From positions 1,230,001 through 1,262,000 of the forward strand of contig NC_017039.1 in NCBI RefSeq assembly GCF_000284455.1: a stretch of DNA of 32,000 nt, read 5' to 3'. The translations under genes and the position numbers were made by a program. Under the pieces are notes generated by a model. The model did no database searches. It saw only the letters and a program-made list of their open reading frames with translations, and was not told where the DNA came from. Shown here one piece after another: positions 25,026 through 32,000 of the stretch; positions within the stretch are counted from its first letter, which is position 1, and each line of letters opens with the position of its first letter. The stretch comes from Synechocystis sp. PCC 6803 substr. PCC-P. Its GTDB lineage: Bacteria; Cyanobacteriota; Cyanobacteriia; Cyanobacteriales; Microcystaceae.

Positions 25026-25196
25026 GTTTTTTGTGAAGCACATACTCCTCCAGAGGCTATCGTCTGGGTTAAGAAGGCAATAAAAAACGCAAAAATCCCC
25101 CATAAAGCTTGATTTCTCTAGGGTTAGGAGTTTTTAAGTTTGATTATGAGAAAACTTTACAATTCCTGAAAATAGCTCCCCAGCACTGACCGGAGA

Positions 25197-25823
25197 CTAG
25201 CGCACGCCCAAATATTTATGAGTTTGCAGGCTCAAGCGCCATTGGGAATGGGTGAGGATATAGGCAAAGATTTTTTCATTCATTGCTTCCGTTTCCCATT
25301 CAGCTTGTAAATAGAGCGGAGTACCGGGGCTAATTTTCCTAGCTTCCATTTCCGCCCAGTCAAAATCCTCATCCTGACTGATAATCACTTTCAATTCGTT
25401 GGCCAGGGGATAAATTGCTGCCTGGGGAAGCTTATAGGGTTTGGGGGACAGGGTAATCCAGTCAAATTGACCTGTCAGTGGGTAAGCGCCGGACGTTTCC
25501 AAATGCAGACGTAAACCCTGGTTTTTCAGGGTTTTACAGAGGGGTTGTAGGTCGTGCATGAGGGGTTCTCCCCCCGTAATCACCACAAAGCTCGGTTTAG
25601 CCGTAACTGCCTGTTGCACAAGTTCTGTCACTGTTTGTCGGGGATGGTGTTGGGTAGGCCAGGTTTCCTTTTGGTCACACCAAGGGCAATGAACATCACA
25701 ACCCCCAAGGCGAATAAAAAAGGCATTGCCGCCAGCCCAAGCTCCCTCCCCCTGTAGGGAATGGAAAGTTTCCGCAATGGGATAGGACACAGTTAACAAT
25801 TCAGAAATGGGGCCCATACTCAT
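25197..25823 (-). CDS. queE: 7-carboxy-7-deazaguanine synthase (radical SAM, queuosine pathway).
   Basis: E.F.SLQGEG...G....FIRL.GCDVHCPWCD gives the CxxxCxxC motif. ITGGEPL follows. The size of 208 aa is typical of QueE. Confidence 0.85.
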   Translation of the reverse strand: MSMGPISELLTVSYPIAETFHSLQGEGAWAGGNAFFIRLGGCDVHCPWCDQKETWPTQHHPRQTVTELVQQAVTAKPSFVVITGGEPLMHDLQPLCKTLKNQGLRLHLETSGAYPLTGQFDWITLSPKPYKLPQAAIYPLANELKVIISQDEDFDWAEMEARKISPGTPLYLQAEWETEAMNEKIFAYILTHSQWRLSLQTHKYLGVR

Positions 25824-25976
25824 ACTTCACTCAAACACTAGCTGTTCACCAAACTTCCCCAAATTCCCCATGGTCGGGAATATCGCCATAACATTAGTTC
25901 GGCCGTTCCTCTAGGTAGGGTAAAGAGATTTAAAAACAAGGCCGGGTAAGCTCATCATTAACCAAATACAACTAAG

Positions 25977-27335
25977 CTAAACCAATCCTAAACAACAGGC
26001 ACGGAAATCTTCTCCCCGTTCCTCAAAGCTATTATATTGGTCGAAACTGGCACAGGCCGGGGAAAGCAAGACTGCACTGGCATTGTTTTTACTTGCTAAC
26101 TCTAATCCTCGCTGAACGGCATTGGCCATGGTTTCCACTATTTCGTAATTCTCATAACCCACTGCCTTTAACCTGGTTGCAAAGTTGGGGGCTGCATCAC
26201 CAATCAGTAAAACCGCCACCGCTTTTTGCCTAATTTGGGCTAACCAAGCTTGATCATCCCCTTCTTTCGCTTCTCCCCCTGCGATCAGAATGGTGGGGCC
26301 TTTCATGGAAGATAGCCCTACTTCCGCCGCATCATAGTTGGTGGCCTTACTATCATTGATAAATTGCACTCCATTGATGGTGCAAATGGGTTCCAAACGA
26401 TGGGGTACCCCGGTGAAAGTTAACAAGGTCTCTGTGATCGCTTTTTTGTCTATGCCCGCTAAACGGGCGGCGGCGATCGCCATTAGTAAATTTTGTTGGT
26501 TATGTTGCCCAGGCATTTTGAACAGGTTAATGGGGGCAATTAATTCCCCAAAGGCATTAACCCAATTATCCTGGAGGTAAACCCCCTGTTTGGGATCACA
26601 AAGACCAGCCAGATGATTAGCTCCCTGGGTACTAGTCCAATGGGCTTGGGGGTAAAGGTTGGGGCCGTGGCTGTGGAGATGGGGATCATCGCCGTTGAGC
26701 ACCTGGATGGCGGAGCGGGAAAGCAAACTAGCTTTAATGTTGAAATAATTCTCTAGGGTTTTGTGACGACTGAGGTGATCCGGCGTAAAGGTTGTCCAGA
26801 GACCAATTTGGGGTGCAAGGGTGGGGGAAGACTCAATTTGATAACTGCTAATTTCCGCCACAATCCAATCGTAGTTTTGGTTTTGCAAGACCAGTTCACA
26901 GGCCGCATAGCCAATGTTGCCGCAGGCCGGAGCATTCAGCCCAGCTTTTTGAAAAATTGCTTGTACTAAAGAGGTGGTGGTGGTTTTTCCGTTGGTGCCC
27001 GTAATGCCCACCCAAGGCACCGCATGGAGGTACTGCCAAGCTAATTCCAATTCCCCTGTCACTTCCACTCCCTTTTCCCGGGCCGCCACCAACAGAGGAA
27101 TATCCCAGGGCACTCCTGGGCTCACTACAATGCGTTCGGGCCAAGCTTCCTTAACTGGGTCCAGGCGATCGCCTAGTTTGAGGCTGATTCCTTCCTGGAC
27201 CAAGGGTTGTCCCATATGCCGGAGTTGGTCGTTATCCGCCTGATCAAATACCGTCACCTGCCAGCCATCCCGATGCAACACTCGAGCGGCGGCAATACCG
27301 GAACGTCCTAACCCAATTACACAAGCCTGGGGCAT
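25977..27335 (-). CDS. murD: UDP-N-acetylmuramoyl-L-alanine--D-glutamate ligase.
   Basis: VIGLGRSGIAAARVL is the Rossmann motif. GITGTNGKTTTT is the Mur ligase P-loop. HR.E and DSKATN follow downstream. Length is 452 aa. Confidence 0.93.
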   Translation of the reverse strand: MPQACVIGLGRSGIAAARVLHRDGWQVTVFDQADNDQLRHMGQPLVQEGISLKLGDRLDPVKEAWPERIVVSPGVPWDIPLLVAAREKGVEVTGELELAWQYLHAVPWVGITGTNGKTTTTSLVQAIFQKAGLNAPACGNIGYAACELVLQNQNYDWIVAEISSYQIESSPTLAPQIGLWTTFTPDHLSRHKTLENYFNIKASLLSRSAIQVLNGDDPHLHSHGPNLYPQAHWTSTQGANHLAGLCDPKQGVYLQDNWVNAFGELIAPINLFKMPGQHNQQNLLMAIAAARLAGIDKKAITETLLTFTGVPHRLEPICTINGVQFINDSKATNYDAAEVGLSSMKGPTILIAGGEAKEGDDQAWLAQIRQKAVAVLLIGDAAPNFATRLKAVGYENYEIVETMANAVQRGLELASKNNASAVLLSPACASFDQYNSFEERGEDFRACCLGLV

Positions 27336-27515
27336 ATGGTTTGACTTTACTGTTAAAAACTATTGAAAGTTGGGGGCAAAAAGGGAACGCCCCTGGCATC
27401 GATGTCGCACCATTTTAGCTTTGAGGGGGATCACCGCCAACTAACCAAAACCCCCCCAGGGATAAAGCCGGGATATTTCGGCTCAATTTAAGATTTTTTG
27501 CCGCTTGATTGGGCA

Positions 27516-28823
27516 TTACACCAAAGCAGAAGACACTTGGCTTTGTCCTTCCGCCACTAGGTCAAAATATTTCGCCAAACCTTCCTCTGGCCCCACCACG
27601 GAGAGATAGGGTTCGGCTAAATAGGTTTGGGCCACCCGTTGGGCATCGACCTCCGTTACCTTCTGCACCTGTTCCTGGAATTCGCTGTCAAAGGCTATAC
27701 CCAAACCCAAGGTTTCGTACCAGCCAAATAAATGGGCGATTTCCCCATTGGTTTGTTTGCCCAAAGCATATTGCCCCAATAGTTTGTTCTGCGCCGCTTT
27801 AATTTCCCCTTCCTCCAATCTTTCTTCACATAATCGGTCCGTTTCTGCCCTTAATCCCGCAATGGCGATCGCCGTATTTTCTGGAGCAGTGCCCATGTAG
27901 GTGACAAATTGGGAAGAACCTAAGCGGGTGGGATAAAAAGCCGACACGTCGTAGGCTAAACCCCGTTTTTCCCTTAATTCCACAAATAAACGACTAGAGA
28001 GGCCGTTACCAAGGTAGGTACTGAGCAATTTCAAAGGCGCATAATCTTCGTGTTTAACTCCGACTCCTAAATAACCCAAAAGCACCACCGACTGCTGGGT
28101 CGCCTGGGGAGTGAGCTGTTCTTGGGGGCAGGCATTTAACGGCGTTAGGATCGGACAAACAATCGATTGTTCCGGAATAACCCAATCCCCAAAACTAGTT
28201 TCGACCCAATCCTGGGCCTGGGCTAGGGTCAACCGTCCCGCCAAGCTGATTACCAAATTATCGGGGCGAAAATAGGCCTGGTGATATTCCCACAGATCCT
28301 GGGCAGTAAAGTGGGGCACCACCTCTTCGCTACCCAAAATGGAGTAACCGTAGGGATGGTTGGGATACATGGATTGGCGCAGTTGGTGGAAGGCCACGTT
28401 AAAGGGCTGTTCCCGCTGGGACTGAATTGCCTGGACAATTAAGCGTTTTTCCAGTTCAATTTCCCCCACGTCAAACCTGGGGTAACGCAGAATTTCTGCC
28501 GCTAAATCGAGGATGACAGGAAAATCGGCGGTGACGGTCTTTAAACTCAAAGCCCAGTAATCACTGGCCGCATCTGCCCCTAAATTAGCCCCTAAGGATT
28601 CGACAAATTCGGCAATGTCCAAGGCCGATCGCCGTTTAGTGCCCTTGGTGATCACTGTGGCCATGAGATTGGAAAGCCCCACTTTTTGGGGAGAGTCCCA
28701 ACAAGCCCCTGCTTGCTTTAAAAAAATCCGCCCCGCCACCAGATCCGCCGCTGGATTTTCTGCACAGATGAGGGTAATGCCGTTATCGAGAACAAGACGA
28801 TGGATGGACTGATGATTACGCAT
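27516..28823 (-). CDS. M16-family peptidase-like protein, non-catalytic subunit (no HxxEH).
   Basis: The ATG at 28823 (MRNHQSIHRLVLDNGITLI...) lies 8 bp after the stop of the upstream M16 gene. The position that normally holds HxxEH reads SNLMATVITKGT. The rest has the M16 two-domain look. Confidence 0.8.
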   Translation of the reverse strand: MRNHQSIHRLVLDNGITLICAENPAADLVAGRIFLKQAGACWDSPQKVGLSNLMATVITKGTKRRSALDIAEFVESLGANLGADAASDYWALSLKTVTADFPVILDLAAEILRYPRFDVGEIELEKRLIVQAIQSQREQPFNVAFHQLRQSMYPNHPYGYSILGSEEVVPHFTAQDLWEYHQAYFRPDNLVISLAGRLTLAQAQDWVETSFGDWVIPEQSIVCPILTPLNACPQEQLTPQATQQSVVLLGYLGVGVKHEDYAPLKLLSTYLGNGLSSRLFVELREKRGLAYDVSAFYPTRLGSSQFVTYMGTAPENTAIAIAGLRAETDRLCEERLEEGEIKAAQNKLLGQYALGKQTNGEIAHLFGWYETLGLGIAFDSEFQEQVQKVTEVDAQRVAQTYLAEPYLSVVGPEEGLAKYFDLVAEGQSQVSSALV

Positions 28824-28831
28824 AGATAGGG

Positions 28832-30124
28832 CTAGGATTCGGCTGCTTCTAGAAGTACCAGGGCATAGGCACCGGTGGACAGGTATCGCTGGGCTAGGGT
28901 TTGTAGGGCCTCGGGCCAATATTGTCTGACAATCTGGGGATAAGCGATCGCCAACTCAGCGGTGGCCAAGGTTTGATAGTAACCGTACAGACCCGCCAGT
29001 TGGGCCGGGGTTTCGGTGGAAAAAATAAAGTCATTACAGAGTAGCCGTTGGGCCCGGGCCAGCTCTGCTGTGCTGATGGGAGTAGTTTGCAAAGTTTGAA
29101 TGGCGGCGCAAATTTCCGCTTCTACCCTTTCCGCTTGGGCTGAAGTTAGGTAGGCATTGATTGTGAACAGACTGGCTTCTTTTTGCAGGGAAAAACAACT
29201 CTGGATGTCAAACACTAGCCCCAATTCTTCCCGCAGGCGTTGCACTAACCGGGCACAATGGCTCCCTGCCAGCACCACAGCCAGTAAATCTAAACCAATA
29301 TTATCTTGGAGGCGGTCAATGCCGGGGCCATTCCAACCCATGGTTAAACGACTGGGACCCAGTTCCGGTATCCGCAGGGTTTCCCGTTTAATGGTTTGGA
29401 TAGGATGATTGGGCAGTCTGGTGGTAGGAGGGCATTCGGACCGCACACCAAAATGGTCAAAAATTTCTTCCATATAGGCGATCGCTGCCTTTTCCCGGAT
29501 ATCCCCCACCATCACCACGGTCATATTTTCTGGCTGGTAATGGGTACGGTGGAAGCAACGTAACTGGTTGGCAGTGTAGTTTTGCACCGATGGTGCATCC
29601 CCCAATACGGAGCGGCCATAGGCGTGCTGGGGATGGAGTAACTGACAAAGAGCTTGAAATCCCAACCAATCGGGGTCATCTTCACTGCCCCGGATTTCCT
29701 CCAGCACCACCTCTCGCTCGTAGAAAAGACATTCTTCGGGGACTTCTGCTTGTAAAAGAATTTCCGCTAGGTAGGGTAATGTGCGGGGTAAATAGTCCGC
29801 CGCTGTGGTGAGGTAAAAATGGGCGTAATCATGGCTGGTGGCGGCGTTGGCCATGCCTCCGTTGTATTCAATTACCTGGTCAAACGCCCCCGGGGGCACC
29901 CGCTTTGTGCCCTTAAAAATCATGTGTTCCAGCAGATGGGCCACCCCCGGCCAAGCATCCGGTTCGGCGATCGCTCCGGCCCGCACCCACACATCTACCA
30001 CCGCCACAGGAACCGTGGGCACATCCTGGTGGATCAGGGTTAACCCCTGGTCAAAGGTAAAAATTTTGGCCGGAAAATCCGGTTTGGTCGGGCACAGTTG
30101 CACAGACACAAGGCGTATATCCAT
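28832..30124 (-). CDS. M16-family zinc peptidase, catalytic subunit (pitrilysin/processing-protease type).
   Basis: The inverted zinc motif HLLEHMIFKGT (HxxEH) is present, with the downstream EREVVLEEI glutamate region. Length is 430 aa. Confidence 0.88.
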   Translation of the reverse strand: MDIRLVSVQLCPTKPDFPAKIFTFDQGLTLIHQDVPTVPVAVVDVWVRAGAIAEPDAWPGVAHLLEHMIFKGTKRVPPGAFDQVIEYNGGMANAATSHDYAHFYLTTAADYLPRTLPYLAEILLQAEVPEECLFYEREVVLEEIRGSEDDPDWLGFQALCQLLHPQHAYGRSVLGDAPSVQNYTANQLRCFHRTHYQPENMTVVMVGDIREKAAIAYMEEIFDHFGVRSECPPTTRLPNHPIQTIKRETLRIPELGPSRLTMGWNGPGIDRLQDNIGLDLLAVVLAGSHCARLVQRLREELGLVFDIQSCFSLQKEASLFTINAYLTSAQAERVEAEICAAIQTLQTTPISTAELARAQRLLCNDFIFSTETPAQLAGLYGYYQTLATAELAIAYPQIVRQYWPEALQTLAQRYLSTGAYALVLLEAAES

Positions 30125-30289
30125 TGGGGTCTATGCCTTCTATCCTAGGCGATCGCCGTCTTAACCGTCGGTTAACCCCCCATCATTTTGTCTGCCTTTC
30201 GTGACAAGGTTGCCGGGAGTAAAATTTTTTGTCCCCCTACAGCTAAGGCTACCTGCACAGGCCCCTGTGGAAAAAGGGAGGAAAATCCA

Positions 30290-30425
30290 TGCTAGGGTTG
30301 GGGACTAAGTTTAGTTGGTTCCATTGGGTAACAGCCAGTGGAGGTAACGGGGAAAAGCTGGTGCAAAGCCAATACTGTCCCGCAACTGTGATGGGCCCAG
30401 GCCCTAAGTCAGGATGCCCGCCAAC
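30290..30425 (+). promoter_or_regulatory. Cobalamin (B12) riboswitch in the hupE leader.
   Basis: The core ACGGGGAAAAGCTGGTGCAAAGCCAATACTGTCCCGCAACTGTGA matches the conserved GGGAA-n-GGUG-nAA-nCC-n-CnG-nCCCGC-nACUGU pattern of cobalamin riboswitches. The B12 box AAGTCAGGATGCCCGCC (30406-30422) ends 4 nt before the hupE ATG. The 5' boundary is approximate. Confidence 0.75.
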
Positions 30426-30426
30426 G

Positions 30427-31065
30427 ATGGCCGATTCCGTTAATCAAATCTGCGAGGTACAGGTTGTGAATGTTACAGGTTTATCTAATTTACTGACTTT
30501 CCCCCGGCTCCTAGCCCACCATCCCTTTGGGGGCCATACCCCCAGTAATTTCCTGGAAGGTTTCCTCTCCGGCCTGGGGCACCCCGTCATTGGCCTAGAC
30601 CACCTTGCTTTTGTCATTGCCATTGGCCTGATTGCCGCTGGGTTACGCTACGGTTGGCTAATGCCCCTCATTTTTGTCGCCACGGCGATCACCGGCACAG
30701 GGTTGCATTTAATTGGGGCTAATCTGCCCCAGCCAGAATTGGTCATCGCCGGTTCCGTACTTTTATTCGGCATCTTCCTTGCTTTGGGTCGTCCTCTGCC
30801 ATCTCCCCTAGTAATGGGATTAGCCGCTGTGGCCGGTATGTTCCATGGCTACGCCTATGGAGAAGCCATTGTCGGGGCGCAAATGAATCCCGTTGCCGCC
30901 TATTTGCTCGGTTTTTCCTTCATTCAACTAGCGATCGCCATGGGAGTCTATGCCTTAGCCAAGGGCTGGTACGAAACCAAAGAAACCTTGCTCAATCTAA
31001 GATTTATTGGCTTTCTGCTAACAGGAGTAGGACTAGCCTTCACCTCCGGCGCCTTGTTGGGGTAA
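30427..31065 (+). CDS. hupE: HupE/UreJ-family metal (Ni/Co) transporter.
   Basis: AHHPFGGH...GFLSGLGHPVIGLDHLAFVIAIGL is the HupE/UreJ signature (HP..G.DH). It has about 6 TM segments. I place the start at the ATG at 30427 (212 aa), because the first 46 codons of the track ORF overlap the riboswitch. Confidence 0.85.
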   Translation: MADSVNQICEVQVVNVTGLSNLLTFPRLLAHHPFGGHTPSNFLEGFLSGLGHPVIGLDHLAFVIAIGLIAAGLRYGWLMPLIFVATAITGTGLHLIGANLPQPELVIAGSVLLFGIFLALGRPLPSPLVMGLAAVAGMFHGYAYGEAIVGAQMNPVAAYLLGFSFIQLAIAMGVYALAKGWYETKETLLNLRFIGFLLTGVGLAFTSGALLG

Positions 31066-31120
31066 TTGCTTATGGGATAATAGGTTGCCTACAGTTTTTG
31101 ATTAAAAACTAAACCTTCCC

Positions 31121-32000
31121 ATGGTAACCGCTTCCCTGCCGACCCCTGTCCAGCCCGAGTTCGACACTACTATCCATCGCCGCAAAACCCGCCCTGTACC
31201 AGTAGGCGCTGTCACCGTTGGCGGTGGCCATCCTGTGGTGGTGCAATCCATGATTAATGAAGACACCCTCGATGTGGATGGTTCCGTCGCTGGCATTCGT
31301 CGCCTCCACGAAATTGGTTGTGAAATTGTCCGGGTAACGGTGCCCAGCATGGCCCACGCCAAAGCCCTAGCGGATATCAAGCAGAAATTACAAGCTACTT
31401 ACCAAGCCGTGCCCCTGGTGGCAGACGTACATCACAACGGCATGAAAATTGCTCTGGAAGTAGCCAAACACGTCGATAAAGTCAGGATTAACCCAGGGCT
31501 ATACGTTTTTGAAAAGCCCGATGCCCAACGGGAAGGCTACAGCGACCAGGAATTTGCTGAAATTGGCGAAAAAATTCGTGAAACCCTGGAACCATTGGTA
31601 ATTTCCCTACGAGATCAAGGGAAATCGATGCGGATCGGCGTTAACCATGGTTCTCTCTCCGAAAGAATGCTTTTTACCTACGGGGATACCCCCGAGGGCA
31701 TGGTGCAATCGGCCCTGGAATTCATCAAAATTTGTGAGTCCTTAGATTTCCGCAACCTAGTCGTTTCCATGAAAGCGTCCCGGGTACCGGTAATGTTGGC
31801 CGCCTATCGCCTCATGGTGAAACGTATGGACGAGTTGGGCATGGATTATCCCCTCCATCTAGGGGTTACCGAAGCCGGGGATGGGGAATATGGCCGCATT
31901 AAATCCACCGCTGGCATTGCCACCCTTTTAGCTGATGGCATTGGCGATACTATCCGGGTATCCCTCACCGAAGCCCCCGAAAAAGAAATTCCCGTTTGCT
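31121..32000 (+). CDS. ispG: 4-hydroxy-3-methylbut-2-en-1-yl diphosphate synthase (IspG/GcpE), 5' part. The gene runs off the window end.
   Basis: My own translation from the ATG at 31121 gives [76 protein letters not shown]...[10 protein letters not shown]...KVRINPG... This is the classic IspG TIM-barrel N-domain. It is absent from the ORF track because there is no stop codon inside the window. Confidence 0.92.
   Translation, partial: MVTASLPTPVQPEFDTTIHRRKTRPVPVGAVTVGGGHPVVVQSMINEDTLDVDGSVAGIRRLHEIGCEIVRVTVPSMAHAKALADIKQKLQATYQAVPLVADVHHNGMKIALEVAKHVDKVRINPGLYVFEKPDAQREGYSDQEFAEIGEKIRETLEPLVISLRDQGKSMRIGVNHGSLSERMLFTYGDTPEGMVQSALEFIKICESLDFRNLVVSMKASRVPVMLAAYRLMVKRMDELGMDYPLHLGVTEAGDGEYGRIKSTAGIATLLADGIGDTIRVSLTEAPEKEIPVC

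Noticed and set aside
24876-25112. 75-aa (-) and 67-aa (+) ORFs in the sigD upstream interval.
   Set aside because: They overlap each other on opposite strands and have no recognisable motifs. The region is better explained as promoter and leader.
28824-28919. N-terminal extension of the second M16 ORF, overlapping the 3' end of the first M16 gene.
   Set aside because: The ATG at 28823 follows the upstream stop by 8 bp and gives a normal M16 N-terminus. The extension (MARGPTNPSPAIPVHRCLCPG...) is an out-of-frame read of the upstream gene.
30289-30426. First 46 codons of the 258-aa HupE ORF.
   Set aside because: This stretch coincides with the cobalamin riboswitch core and B12 box. The HupE family signature starts only after the ATG at 30427.
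31102-31380. 92-aa and 82-aa minus-strand ORFs at the right end of the window.
   Set aside because: They are antisense to the unmistakable ispG N-terminal coding sequence (plus strand from 31121).
1-32000. Search for tRNA/rRNA genes, CRISPR arrays, IS elements, integrases, and toxin-antitoxin or restriction-modification modules.
   Set aside because: I saw no T-loop (GGTTCGAAT-like) or tRNA cloverleaf candidates. I found no regularly spaced direct repeats and no transposase, integrase or methyltransferase-like ORFs. The window reads as conserved core chromosome, apart from the GRRM-like cluster at the left edge.

Overview
This window looks like core cyanobacterial chromosome. The HIP1 octamer GCGATCGC occurs about once per kb. 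Gene content and order (cp12, natE, group-2 sigma factor, hupE-ispG, sfsA, pta) match what I recall of Synechocystis sp. PCC 6803, but I cannot run a search to confirm this. Coding density is high, at about 35 protein genes on both strands. Most are housekeeping genes: thrB, glmM, ribF, trpS, yqeK, rsfS, hemC, pta, sfsA, sigD, queE, murD, ispG, cobI/cbiL, an M16 peptidase pair, hupE, a 7Fe-type ferredoxin and cp12. I saw no tRNA, rRNA, CRISPR array, transposase or integrase.

The most system-like element is at the left edge (1-1747, minus strand). Two tandem paralogous Gly-rich repeat proteins are packed with aromatic-X-Asn/Asp triplets. They are followed by a 172-aa unknown protein and then the N-terminus of a radical SAM enzyme (CNLDCDYC) that runs off the window. 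This fits the GRRM / three-residue-cyclophane RiPP-like family, whose mature product and biological role are unknown as far as I know.

Other notable points:
- A CoA-transferase::Pat-like GNAT fusion sits directly upstream of pta.
- A compact cobalamin riboswitch lies in front of hupE. The supplied ORF track mis-translates it as an N-terminal extension.
- A coiled-coil/PD-(D/E)xK protein lies next to sfsA.
- Two unlisted small ORFs lie beside cp12 and yqeK.

Two real genes are missing from the ORF track because they run off the window ends: the radical SAM gene at 1-239 (-) and ispG at 31121-32000 (+). All functional calls come from motif recognition by eye and need HMM or BLAST confirmation.
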